From Callorhinchus milii (Eukaryota): a stretch of 64,000 nt of DNA. The position numbers and the translations under genes were made by a program. Below are positions 13,170-24,675 of the stretch, one piece after another; the first letter of the stretch is position 1, and every line of letters begins with the position of its first letter. The notes beneath the pieces were generated by a model. The model was not told where the DNA came from and did no database searches. It saw only the letters and a program-made list of their open reading frames with translations. The stretch is from NCBI RefSeq assembly GCF_018977255.1, contig NW_024704743.1:75890001-75954000 (forward strand). Reading direction: 5' to 3'.

Positions 13170-13410
13170 TATATTGCCGCTCCTCATTCTTTCTCCCAAA
13201 ATGCATCACCTCACACTTCTCTGCATTAAACTTCACCTGACATGTGTCTGTCCATTTCGCCAGTCTATCTACCTTCCTCCTCAAAGATTACTATGTTCCC
13301 AACTTTTGTGTCATCTGCAAACTTTAAAATTTTGCTCTTTATACCCAAATCTAAATCATTCATATATATATATATAAATAAAAGAGCAGTGGATCTAATA
13401 CTGACCCCTA
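13170..13410 (-). mobile_element. CR1 ORF2 fragment
   Basis: Reverse complement encodes ILKFADDTKVG and QVKFNAEKCEVMHFG. Confidence 0.75.
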
Positions 13411-13539
13411 CAGAGAAAAGGAAGGGAGAGAGAGAGAAAGGAGAAATAAACTACCAACATTTTCACTAATACTATTTACTTCATCCCCAATGAAAGGCCC
13501 AGATGGTTGAACAGGAATTCAGTTTGTGAGCTGATGTAC

Positions 13540-13556
13540 TGCTGCCCTCTGCTGGT
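13540..13556 (-). promoter_or_regulatory. CTCF motif
   Basis: Minus strand reads ACCAGCAGAGGGCAGCA, a full match to the CCASYAGRKGGCRS core, in non-repeat intron 2 DNA. Confidence 0.6.
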
Positions 13557-14051
13557 GAGAGGATTTACATCGCGGTATGAAAACTTATCTCTCTCTACCT
13601 TGCTTGCTCTCTCGTAGATTAATGAATGAAAATTCATCCACACGCCTTCCAGAAGCGGGTCTGAATAGATATCAATCAGAGATCAGCAAATCCTCAATGT
13701 AACTTAAATGTAATCCTTTTGAGAATCCTGCAATATAGCCCCCAAATGTAACCTTCCAGCAAAGCATTGCAAAGTCGTCCAGTCCAGGAGGAGAGGAAAG
13801 CTGCATCAGTGTTCCATTAAATTCAACTTATCTGGACAAAGGGAAAAAGTTCCATCAAACTCCCCCAATGCATTAACAGGTTAGGGGCATCAATCTCTTT
13901 TAGTAAAACACTAGCCCACTGAAAATAACTGGTTTTGAGTGGGGACAAGGTTGTGTTCAGGGTTCAGTTGTGTTCTATGAGCTTTGCAGGCATGATGCCA
14001 ACTGAACCCTCAAATTAGAGTACCCCTGTATCCAACCATCAGGTATTCATT

Positions 14052-14371
14052 GGAGTCCTGTAGCTCAGTGGTTAGAGCACTTGCCTTGCAAGTGAGAGAC
14101 CTGAGTTCAATTCCAGGCAGGGCGAAACCTTGGGCAAGTTTCCTCACTCCACACAGAGCCTAATAATAACCCCCCCAAAATCCAACAATAATAAATTGGT
14201 CATTTTCAATCTACGACTGTTTGTGGGACACTGCTGTGTGCAATTGGCTGCCGCGTTCGCCCACAAATATACAGTCAATTCACTTTACAGTATATTCTGT
14301 GAAGCGCTTTGGGACGTCCAGAAGACGTGAAAAGCGCTCTATCAAATGCAAGGATTATTATTATTATTATT
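14052..14371 (+). mobile_element. Young full-length SINE (short subfamily)
   Basis: Near-identical to 56383-56705 and to the reverse complement of 168-493. Confidence 0.92.
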
Positions 14372-15556
14372 TCCACATCCTGACTATAACGTCAACTAGT
14401 ACAAGGCCTGAAACTTCATGCCCCCGTCGTTGTGTTGACCATATTGATCGGCTTTGCTGGTTACCACTTTGCCTGTGAGCACTCAGGTTTAAAGAAACTT
14501 TTAGCAACAGTACCTAAGCATTCAATGGAAGTCATATGTATTATACGTAACAAGTCATAAATTGTTATACTAAAATCCCAGCTAGCCGGACTAATGGGGG
14601 GGAGGTGTGGAAGATCCAGTTCAGCAATCCCGGATTTCCAGCTAAGTATAATTGCAATACTGTAAAAACACTGGCATTTAACAGCATTTTTTGGCACTAC
14701 TTTTTTTTAATTCAAGTGTACGCTAGGAAGGAAGAAAAAAATCTTCTGCTCTGGGATTCAAACAATCAGAGTCAAAGTCGATACCCTGGTCACTGTGAAG
14801 GCCAGCAAAGATGGTGAGGCAGAGAAAAACTCACGTGGGATTCTCAGCGAGGCGTTGACCAGCAGGAGTCATTGTACGGTCCTGCGGAAATTTGCAGCCC
14901 GCGGCAATTTTTTTTTAAATTTCGTTTTTCCACTCCAATCCAGCAAGGTTCAAATTCCTGAATACCTGGACTCCACAAACCGGGATTATTTATATGAATA
15001 CTTGGGACATTAAAAAGTTCCATTAATAGATGTGATTGAGTTCTAAAATGAGTCTGCGAATGGATGGGGGCGGTGGGGGATGGGTGATAAATCCAACCCT
15101 CTGGAACATTGTTCAGATGCTTATCTCAATTTTGACTTGTGAAGTATCTTCCGAGCATTCCTATGTGCAAATTGTCTGCCTTGTTTGCCTACAAAATACA
15201 CAATCACAACACTTTACTGTCTATCCTGTGAAGATGCTCTCCTGATGTGAAAGGTGCAATACCTAATCCCGACGTGAAAGCCGCTCTATAAATGTCATTT
15301 TGTTGTTGTAATGTAAGGGTTATTATTATTACTGATAGGATTCTTTGTTAAAGAATTCTATTAAGAAATACCACACACTAGTCCTCTAGACCGATAGGAG
15401 AAGCACCTAAACTTGGTGAAGACAGAAAGTTCTCTGGCAAGTTTCAGAATCCAACATCACACATGCAATTGAACATAAGTTAATATAAAATATATTTCAC
15501 TTAAGCAAGGTTATATTGTAATAATATATTACAAAACATTGGATGCTTATACTCAC

Positions 15557-15607
15557 GTGCAACTGTTGCATGGGACCGTGCATTACGTTCAGTCTTTTCA
15601 TTAGCAA
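15557..15607 (-). CDS. PDE1C: PDE1C coding exon 2, (V)ANEKTERNARSHATVA(R)
   Basis: Acceptor ttttcAG at 15608-15609, donor GTGAGT at 15556-15551, 51 bp, phase 1-1. In frame with exon 1; matches the VANE...NAR...R segment of PDE1C. Confidence 0.88.
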
Positions 15608-17796
15608 CTGAAAATTAAATATGAAGCATCTTTTAGAAACATCATCTAATTCATTCCGCCAATGCTGACCTACTTTACAGCAACAATCACAACTTGCATT
15701 TTATACAGTGCTTTTCACATACTGTACTTAAAGTATCAAAGCACCTTACAGATTATTGAAGGTGAAGTCAATGATGCGGGTTTTTAGAAGAGTTTTCAAA
15801 GTGGTCAGTGTCCAAGGTTGAGGGATTTAGAGAGAGAGCAGGAACAAGATGGTTGAAGGTTCACCTACCCACTAGCATAGCAGAATAGGTAACTGCTGTT
15901 ATTTTATTCCTTTCAAAAATGCAAGCATTCTTATTGATATATTGGAGAATAGAAGCTGCACTTCCTTCACTGATTTGGGGCTAACAGACCTTTCTGCCTT
16001 TAAACATTTACAGCTGAAAACAGCACATCCAGGTTACTGTTGTATAAAATTGAGCATTGAGATCCCACACAATGGCACACATTGTACAGGTTAATTCAGC
16101 CTTGTACATTCAAGGCTACATGGTTCATCTGTTATTTTACTAAAACTTTGTTAACAATGAGGTTGAAAATCTGCTTTACAAGAAAGATACAGTCACTGGC
16201 TTTTTGTCATTAGAAAATGCACCTCACGACTTAAACTACATCTCTTGCAGCTAACCCTACATGCATGGTCGTAGAGGGCAGCTGAGATTCCTACGAGTTG
16301 ATTCAATATACCTGGGCTGCTCTGGAGTTCCCTTCTGAAGATACAGTTGAGGTTCTGAGCCCATCCTCTGGAACGCTGTTTGAATGCCCATCTCAATTTG
16401 GACTTCTGTGAACTCGGCATCGAGCAGAGTTCAGAGACTCAGCCTCAACACATCTGGGATTCACTATTAACTGTGGTCAAATTGCTGGGTTCTGAGGATT
16501 TTGTTTCTCCCTCACCGGAACTGACTGCTTTTAGTTTTTTTCTGGTTTCTTGCCTTCCCAAGGAGCTGCCTGAGTGGTCAGCACCATGAGAGATGCGCAG
16601 GTATATGGCAGAATCGATGGGTGAATGAGGTTTCTCCACAGTGATTGTTGCTGCGTCTCTGGGCTTTTGATCGCTCATCCTGTCTATCTATATCAGTGGA
16701 TACAATTGTTAAACAAGGGATATCGATGATCTATCTTCATATCACTCTGAATGCCAAATAATAATAATAATACTTACATGTGGTCTTTCATGTCAGGAAA
16801 ACATCTCAAAGTGCTTCACAAGATATACTGTGAAGTGGAGTGACTGTTTTTTGTGGGCAAATGCAGCAGTTAATTTGCGCATAGGAGTGTTCCAACAAAC
16901 AGCCATGAACCAATTGGGGGATGCTAGGAGGAAGTCCCTTCCATTTTGAATAGTGCCATGGAATCTTTAAAGTTCACCTGCAAAGACAGACTGCACCCCC
17001 AGCTGCAGTGTATTGTCAGGTTCAGTCACTATCTCTAGGCCAATATTCACTGTCCAGGCAAGATTACTTTTAAAAATAGATAACTACACTTAATATGAAA
17101 AGATATGTAAAAACTAAGTTGCAACTGCAAAGTTAGCACAAACTGGTGGTGCATAAACTCATTAATGGTATAGTTATGCTTGCGCTATCATTTGTTCCAG
17201 TCACAAAATGTTCAGTAAAAGGGAAAATACATTTACAAAACTCACCTCTCACAGTAAGAGAAATAGTGCAGAATTCCCCAAACATTGGACTTCAAGAGCC
17301 ACATCACTGCCAATCGCAGCTATTTATACAGTGTGTTACACACACAATATGTACAACATTGCTTTCTAATCATTTTTATGTAATGAACAGTCATCAAAAA
17401 TGTGATCAGCCAGATAACTTAGAAATAAATGTTTGAGGTTTTATTAAAGACGCCAGTTAGAAATTCTTCAATTTTGAGGCCCACAAAATTCCACAAAAGA
17501 AACAAAATCAGAAAAAAATTCCCATTGCATTTCAAGCAACACATTTGAGTTAATAATAACTGGAAGGAAGGCGTTATACTTTAGAATGAACTCAATAAAC
17601 CCAATGTGCAGCATTGCTTGTCTCATTGTGTACAATATACAACTAATGATCCATTGCTTTGTGTAGCAAAAACATCAAGCTTTTCAGCTTGGCAATTTAG
17701 CAATGTGTTGAAGGCATTTATTTCTTTGAACCTGGTGCTTGGTGACCTTGCCCTGAAACACCATTTGCTCAGGCAGTTTAGCTGCTAATTTTCTGA

Positions 17797-18445
17797 TAAG
17801 AACATAAGAACACCAGAAATGCCAGACGAAAAAAAGATCGAGGTCCATCTAGTTCGCCTTCCACCTTCTTGGTGGTCGCATGCACATATGTCCCGAACTA
17901 CCTATGTACTATATCCCATAATGTTGCTTCCTAAAAGAAAACTACCTAATCTGTGTTTGAAGGAATCAACACTTCCTGCTTCAACCATTTCTCTAAGGAG
18001 CCTGTTCCACAGGTTTACTATTCACTCACTGAAACAGTGTTTGCGTAGCTTTGTTCGGAATTTAATACATGATGTTCAAGTACTCCGGAGTACAGGACTT
18101 GGTTTGGAACAAAATGTGGACAGATGTAAGGCCATGCATATTGGAATAATAAACAGCAAACGTGTACTAAAATGAGGAAGTGTTCATTAGCAGAGTTGGA
18201 GAAAAAAANGGATGTGCGTGAGGTTATTGATCATAAGATCACAAATATTGACCGACATTTCTGGACAATGTGAAGCTCCACTCTTCCTTGACCCTCCCTA
18301 TCTTGTGGATAAAGGGATTAAGGGATATGGGAATAAGGTGGGTAGGTGGAGTTAGAATAGATCAGCCATGATCTTATTGAATGGCAGGGCAGGCTAAAGG
18401 GGCCAAACAGCCTACTCCTGCTCCTATTTCTTATGTTCTTATGAC
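17797..18445. mobile_element. Cluster of CR1 fragments in both orientations
   Basis: ATAAGAACATAAGAAC tail (minus), NVDRCKAMHIG, and a plus-strand 3' tail ...CCTACTCCTGCTCCTATTTCTTATGTTCTTATG. Confidence 0.65.
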
Positions 18446-18926
18446 TGCTGCTTTCAGCCACTTTCCTCCCCTCTTCAGTTTGAGGACAGAGGGTTAAATG
18501 TGCAGATTCACATGATATTTACACATTGAATGTACCCACCTGATCCCCACCACTTACTCTTAATGGTGAAGCCTGAGCATCCAGGCACACAGAAGACAGG
18601 ATCCCTGGACTCCCGGTTAGCAGGATATTATCCTTTCACATTTTTGTGTTCCTAAAAATTCACTAGCCCACTAACCAGCAGACAAAAGGTATGATCTACC
18701 TGCAACCAATCATTACCATAGATCCAGCTTCTCAGAATTTACTATTGAGAAAGAATCAATGGAGCTACCTCTCATCCATTTAATGTGACAAACATTGAAT
18801 GTTTTTGGTCAGCTGAGTGTCTGACACATGCAAAACCCATCATGATGCTTAAGAATATCCAAACCCAAAAAAGAGTTCCATGCATCCCACCTATACATGC
18901 AAATTTCAAGAGATGTTTATTGGAAT

Positions 18927-21472
18927 AGAATCATAGAATTATATAGCACAGAAGGAGGCCATTCTGGCCATCATGTCTGTGCCGGCTCTTTAAAAAGAGC
19001 TATCCAATTCAATCCCGCTCCCCCACACTCTCCCCTCTGCACACTTCCCTCCAGTCAGAAAAATAACTATTCACCAGACTTTCTGCTTTCTGTCTCCCAA
19101 CCAGTTTTGTATCCATGCTGCCACAGTCCCTTTAATACCATGGGTTTCTATTTTGCTTACAAGCCTGTTATGTGGCACTTTATCAAACACTTTTTGAAAA
19201 TCCATATACACTACATCAATTGCACTTCATCCACCCTCCGTTACTTCATCAAAAAACCCTTAGCAGGTTTGTTAGACATAATTTGCCTTTAACAAACCCA
19301 TGTTGGCTGTCCTTTATTAATTCATATTTTTCTAAGTAAAAATTTATTTTGTCCCAGATTATAGTCTCTAGAAGTTTCTCCACTACTCACGTTAGGCTGA
19401 CTGGCCTGTAGTTCCTGGGTTTATCCTTCTTCCCCCTTTTGTACAAGGGAATAACATTTGCAACCCTCCAGTCCTCTGGCACCACCCCAGTGTCCAAAGA
19501 GGATCGAAAGATTGATGCCACATCCTCCTTTATTTCTACCCTTACTTAACCTCAGTAACCTAGAATGCACCCCGTCCCGACCAGGTGACTCATCTACCTT
19601 GAGCACCAATAATCTTTTTAGTACCTCGTCTCTGTTTATTCTTATCTTATCCAATTTCTCTACCATCTCCTCCAATACTGTGGCATTGGCTGCATCCTCT
19701 TCTTTTGTGAAGACAGATGCAAAGTACTCATTCAGTATGTCAGCCATGCCCTTTGCCTCCACAGAAGATTTCCTCTTTGGTCCCTTATTGGAACCACCCT
19801 ATTTTGACTAACCTTTCATTCTTTATATGCTTATAAAATACCTTAGGGTTCCCTTTTATGTAACCTACTAATCTTTTCTCATACAATCTCTTTGCCCCTC
19901 TTATTTCCTTTTTCTGTTCTCCTCTGTATTTTCTATATTCTATTTGATTATCTTCTGTATTTTGGACCTGACGTTTATCATAAACCTCCTGTTTCTGTTT
20001 TATTTTAATCCCAATTTGCTTATTCATCCAGGGAAGTTTGGCTGCCCTGACCCTAACCCCTCCTTTTTTCCTTCCCTATCCCTCCTGATTTCATTGTAGC
20101 CAGGAATATTCAGCTCCCATTCCTGCCCTTGTTTGAGTCAGGTCTCTGTTATCACCACTACATCATAACCCCATATGGTAACTTGAGCCTGCACCTCACC
20201 AATCTCATTGTCACACTCTGTGCATTTACATACATGCACTACAAGATCAATTGAGTCTGCTCTGCATTTCTCCCAGATCTCATCCCTCCTTTTTCTGGAT
20301 TACTCCTTATTACATTGCTATCACTTTTTCCCAGCCCTCTATGTAACTTGTTTGACCTATCTAATGCTACATCCCGAGTCCCTTCCCCACAGCACCAGTT
20401 AACCTCCCTGTAAGGACATTGGTCCCAGCCCTGTTCAGGTGTAACCCATCCACCTTGTACAGGTCCTACCTGCCCAGAACTGGTCCCAATGATCCAGGAA
20501 ATTGAAGCCATCCTTTCTGCACCATTTCTCCAACCATACATTTATGTGTTTGATCCTGCTGCTTTGATATTCACTTGCACGAGGTACTGGGAATAATCCA
20601 GAAATCAATTCTGGCACCGGGGAGGCAACATACAATGTGAGAGTCACGTCTTTGGTTGCAGAACCACCTGTCTACTCCTTTTACCATTGTGTCCCCAGTG
20701 ACAATTGCATTGTGTCCCCCTGTGTCCCCCTGTGCACCCATTTACTTTTGACTCCCCTCCCCAGAGGTGTCATCATTCTGACCGGTATTGAGTACAGAGA
20801 ACCAGTTTGTGAATACCCACTCTCAGAGGATTTTTGCACTACCCGTTTACGCTTCCTACCATGCCGGGTGGTCACTCACTCACTCTCCTTCTGAACCCTC
20901 TGTGGCTGGGGGTGACCACCTCTTGAAATGTTCGATCCATTAAATTCTCAGCCTCCCATACACTATGTAGTGACACCAGCCTCTCCTCAAGCTCAGAAAC
21001 TCTGAGCTCAAGCTCGAGCAGCTGGAACTTGATCTTCCTACACATGTGTCTGTCCAGGGCACACAAAGCATCCTGGAGTTCCCACATGGCACACATTGTG
21101 CATGCAACTGGTCTCAGCTGCCCTGCCATATTCCCAGACAAGTTTATATTATTTTAATTTAACTGTTATATATTTTATAATTATGCCTCTTTCCCCCTCT
21201 GCACTGAATTCCCACTCTCACCAAATTCCTTAACAGAATTCTCACTCTGTTCCATCTCACTCTGCTTACATATAAGGTTGCCTTTATCTGAAGATAGATT
21301 TCCCACTCTTCTGCTGAATGAAAGAGTTCTCTCTTGCCCTCTGGTATCTCTCTTGCTGAAGAATTCCCACTCTCACCAAATTCCTTAACAGAATTCTCAC
21401 TCTGTTCCACCTCACTCAGTTCCCTCTTCACACTACTGGGCTCTCTGCTCAAGAGAGCTCAAGAATGCTCAA
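18927..21472 (-). mobile_element. Internally deleted CR1 LINE retaining 5'UTR, ORF1 (Zn-finger/Leu-zipper + SGNH esterase), ORF2 pieces and 3' tail
   Basis: ORF track: VACTMCAMWE...LLELELRVSELEERL (ORF1), ISGLFPVPRAS...NVWLEKWCRKDGFNFLDHWDQFW (esterase), IKGNPKVFYKHI and MADILNEYFASVFTKE (ORF2); tail AGAATCATAGAAT. Frameshifted and with stops. Confidence 0.9.
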
Positions 21473-21810
21473 GAATGTGCACTCCCTTCCTGGAGGGACA
21501 CATCCTACTTACCTAATTCCAGAAAGTATTAAGTGCAGCCCAGCAAGAGCCAAGGCTTGGAGGTCCCAGCGTGTGCGTTGGGGTACTGCTGGAGTTTAAC
21601 CAGCTTAAAGCACATAGCTTGTCATTGAGAGCACTGCCTAACAAACTTTCCTGCTGCTTTTCCAGCTAGGACAACCCTACCCATTAAGGCTTTGGCTTGC
21701 AGAATTATCGGGAGCTGAGTGGAAAGAGTCCTGGTGACTGATCTGCCCCTCCAAGTCCTGCCGGTGAGCCAGGCTGTCTGTGCCATCAACAGCAGTGTCC
21801 TAGAGTACAC
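21473..21810. repeat. Unclassified ~500-bp dispersed repeat family (left part at 18883-18926)
   Basis: Colinear with 30725-31235 and 42405-42830. Confidence 0.75.
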
Positions 21811-22309
21811 ATCACAAAATTAACCCCAATATTAGACAATAAAGAGAGATAGGTGAAGACAAAAATGATCAAATACTCTATTGGACATAATCATTTCTAT
21901 GCTGCTGGAGCACAGGGGAGGGCCCCAGAATGTAATGTTCAGGAGCACATACTTCCTCCTACAAACACATCTTCTCCCTTCCCCTCAAGTACCTAGTAGA
22001 ATAAAATGATGAAGGCCAACAGCAACTGTGATCTGCCATCCTCCTCTCTGTGCACAGATGGACAGGGATTTCATAGGCACTAGAGCTTGAGATTGATAAA
22101 AACATAAAACAGTCAGGATACCGCTCGCTGTGCTGGATGTCATCTGGGAATCGTGAGTTCTCATTACTTTAGGTGGGAATTGGGAACCTCTTCACCTTCA
22201 CCGACCACCCCACCCGAACCCATGCAAATGCCAACTCCTGACACAAGCTCCAGCTGCCTGTGCAAAATCCAGCCAAAACTGTGAACCTGACTTTTTATTC
22301 ACTATATTC

Positions 22310-23250
22310 ACTATATCTTTTTCTTATCTATATGCTCCCTCTGGGCAATGTTATCTGCAGACACGGGGTTAACTTCCACATATATGGGGATGACACACAA
22401 ATTTACTTTGCCTCCTCCAGTACCAACTCCAGGTCTGTCGATGTTCTATCAGCTTGTCTGGCAGACATTAGGGCCTGGGTGAGTGCAAATTTCCTGCAGC
22501 TGAATGTGAACAAGACGGAAGCCATACTCCTTGGCTCCCATCAATGTCTTCCCTCCTGCAGACCTGAACTCCTCAACCTCCCTGGGCTCTCCCTCACACT
22601 CACCGAACCAGTGCACAATCTATGCATCCGGTTCAACCCCCAGCTGTCCTTCCTCCCCCACATCTGGTCCTTGACCAGGACCGCCTTCTTCCACTGCCAT
22701 GTTGCCCACCTCCAACTGTATCTTACCCCAAATGCAGCCGAAAATCCTCGTGTAGGTGTTGGTCACCTCTCACCTGGATTACTCCAACACACTCCTCGCC
22801 GGTCTCCCCAGCTCCACTATTCAAAAGATCCACCTCATTCAGAACTCTGCTGCTCGCATACTAACCCAGAACAAACGACATACACTCATCTCACCAGTTC
22901 TGGCCAGGCTTCACTGGCTCCCCATCACCGAACGGATCGACCTCAAGATCCTCACACTCATGTTCAAATCCCTTCGTTCTCTGGCACCTCCCTACCTCTC
23001 CAACCTCCTCACTCCGCCCCACCATCAGAGGTCGCGCTTTCAGCCACTACGCCCCAAAACTCTGGAACACTCTCTCTCAATCCCTCCGCCTTGCCCCTTC
23101 TCTCCCCTTTTTCAAGTCCCACCTGTAAAGTGAATCCCCATCTCCCCACCCTCGGCTCGGAGTCAGACTCCGCCACTGTTAAGTGCTCTGAGATGCTACC
23201 CTGTGTGGAGGGCGCTATATAAGTGCAAGTTACTGTTGTTGTTGTTGTCT
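22310..23250 (+). mobile_element. L2 LINE 3' ~0.9 kb (RT C-terminus, frameshifted) with (TTG)n tail
   Basis: LFLIYMLPLG...FHIYGDDTQIY...[27 protein letters not shown]...IQNSAARIL...LHWLPI. Confidence 0.92.
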
Positions 23251-24339
23251 GGAACTCCACTCAGAGAGTCGATCCCAGCAGACCTCACTGAATGGATATT
23301 CAGAACACAAATTGGGGGATGTGCTAATCATTACATTCATCAAAAATGTGGTGAAAACTGGTTTCTTATGAACAATCTCTGAGCACAAATCCATTGCCCT
23401 CTGCACCTAGTAATAAAGGCGCCCATTCTGTGAAGAGCAAAGATGTTAACCCCCTCCTGGATTCAACCCTTGTGCCAAAGACAGGTGGTTTCATCCAGTG
23501 ATGAGTACAATATATATTGTTTTGGGCCACATTTCTGGTCGATGTGATAATGTGATAATTATTCTTATTATAAGTTGCATTATCACATTAACCAAAAGTA
23601 CTTTCAAGAGCCAATCAATAGTTCACAAGATTGATTTGTATAAAAAAGGCCCCATGGCCCATTTGATTTCATCTTTCCAGAATAATCACTCTACTATCTT
23701 CCCTAGCTTGTTGGATTGTTTCTCATAGTTCATTCCTCTAATACTGGGTATCATCTTTGCTGCTCTTCTCTTCACTGCCTTGAGGGACTGCGAAGCTCCC
23801 TTATGTTGCATCAACCAGAATTGTATGTAGTACTCTGGATGCAGCCCGACAGAAGGATCTCTGGTTTTACATTGTGGATCTGAACTCAAATGATTGGCAA
23901 TATGGGGCCATTGGCTTACATCAAAATATTATCCTTTGAGTGAACATATCCCTACATTTCTTTTCATGTTATTTAAGTACATCCACACTGAAGTGACCTG
24001 TGAGGCTCGATTCTGGTTCCATTTTCTTTCCACCACACAGAGGTCATGGATCAGGATGATTTAAGCCAAGGTCAGTCTTCATAGTTTAAACCATTTCACT
24101 GTATACTAGGAGACATCAAGATCCCAAATTGACCCATGTGATGAGTTTCTTATCTGTGCAGTAAAACACAAGAGCCCCCTGGATCATCTTAGTGCAAGCC
24201 TACTGGAGTCATTGGAAAATCTGGTGAAGGACATTTTTGTTGTGAAGATGAAATTTTAGTTTAAATCAGTCAGAGGGAAAAAATAAATGTAATGTGAAAC
24301 GTTACCACTTCAACTAAAAATATGATTCAACTTTAGATC

Positions 24340-24675
24340 CCTTCACAGTCTCAGCCCACCCTACCCTCCTTCAAACCTACTGACCTCACCTGCTTCATGT
24401 CTCCCACCCTATCCGCCCATCAACAGTGAGATTTTAGCTATTCTGCCCCCATTCTCTGGAACTTCATCTCAGAGTCTCTCCAACTTTCTCCCTCCCTCAC
24501 TTCTTTCAAGGTCCATCTCACAATCCACTTTACCACTTTGACTGTGCCTTCAGTTATCTTTCCCCTCCCTACCCCTCTCAGCTTCCACCCCAGCTCAGGT
24601 GACCAACCAGAAGGGTCAAGCACTTTGGGATATCCTCCTGTCAAGAAATATGCTATATAAGTGTAACTTTGTTAC
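24340..24675 (+). mobile_element. Degraded L2 3' end
   Basis: TTCAGCTATTCTGCCCCCATTCTCTGGAAC-like ORF2 end and AAGCACTTTGGGATATCCTCC...GCTATATAAGTG tail. Confidence 0.65.

Larger units (their letters stand above)
7125..15556 (-). other. PDE1C intron 2 (8,432 bp, GT-AG)
   Basis: Defined by the exon 2 donor and exon 3 acceptor. Confidence 0.85.

Noticed and set aside
13590..13830. Non-repeat segment with AAG|GTAGAG donor-like site as an extra exon
   Set aside because: No ATG-initiated, stop-free frame reaches the donor in the phase needed for exon 3.
16445..16447. Selenocysteine readthrough of the TGA codons in the 16193-16678 frame
   Set aside because: No SECIS or selenoprotein homology visible; two in-frame TGAs can arise by chance.
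18200..18212. Single N after a poly-A run
   Set aside because: Assembly ambiguity within CR1 debris; not biological.
22260..23222. Longest ORF (320 aa) as a host gene
   Set aside because: Frameshifted L2 reverse-transcriptase remnant ending in the L2 tail.
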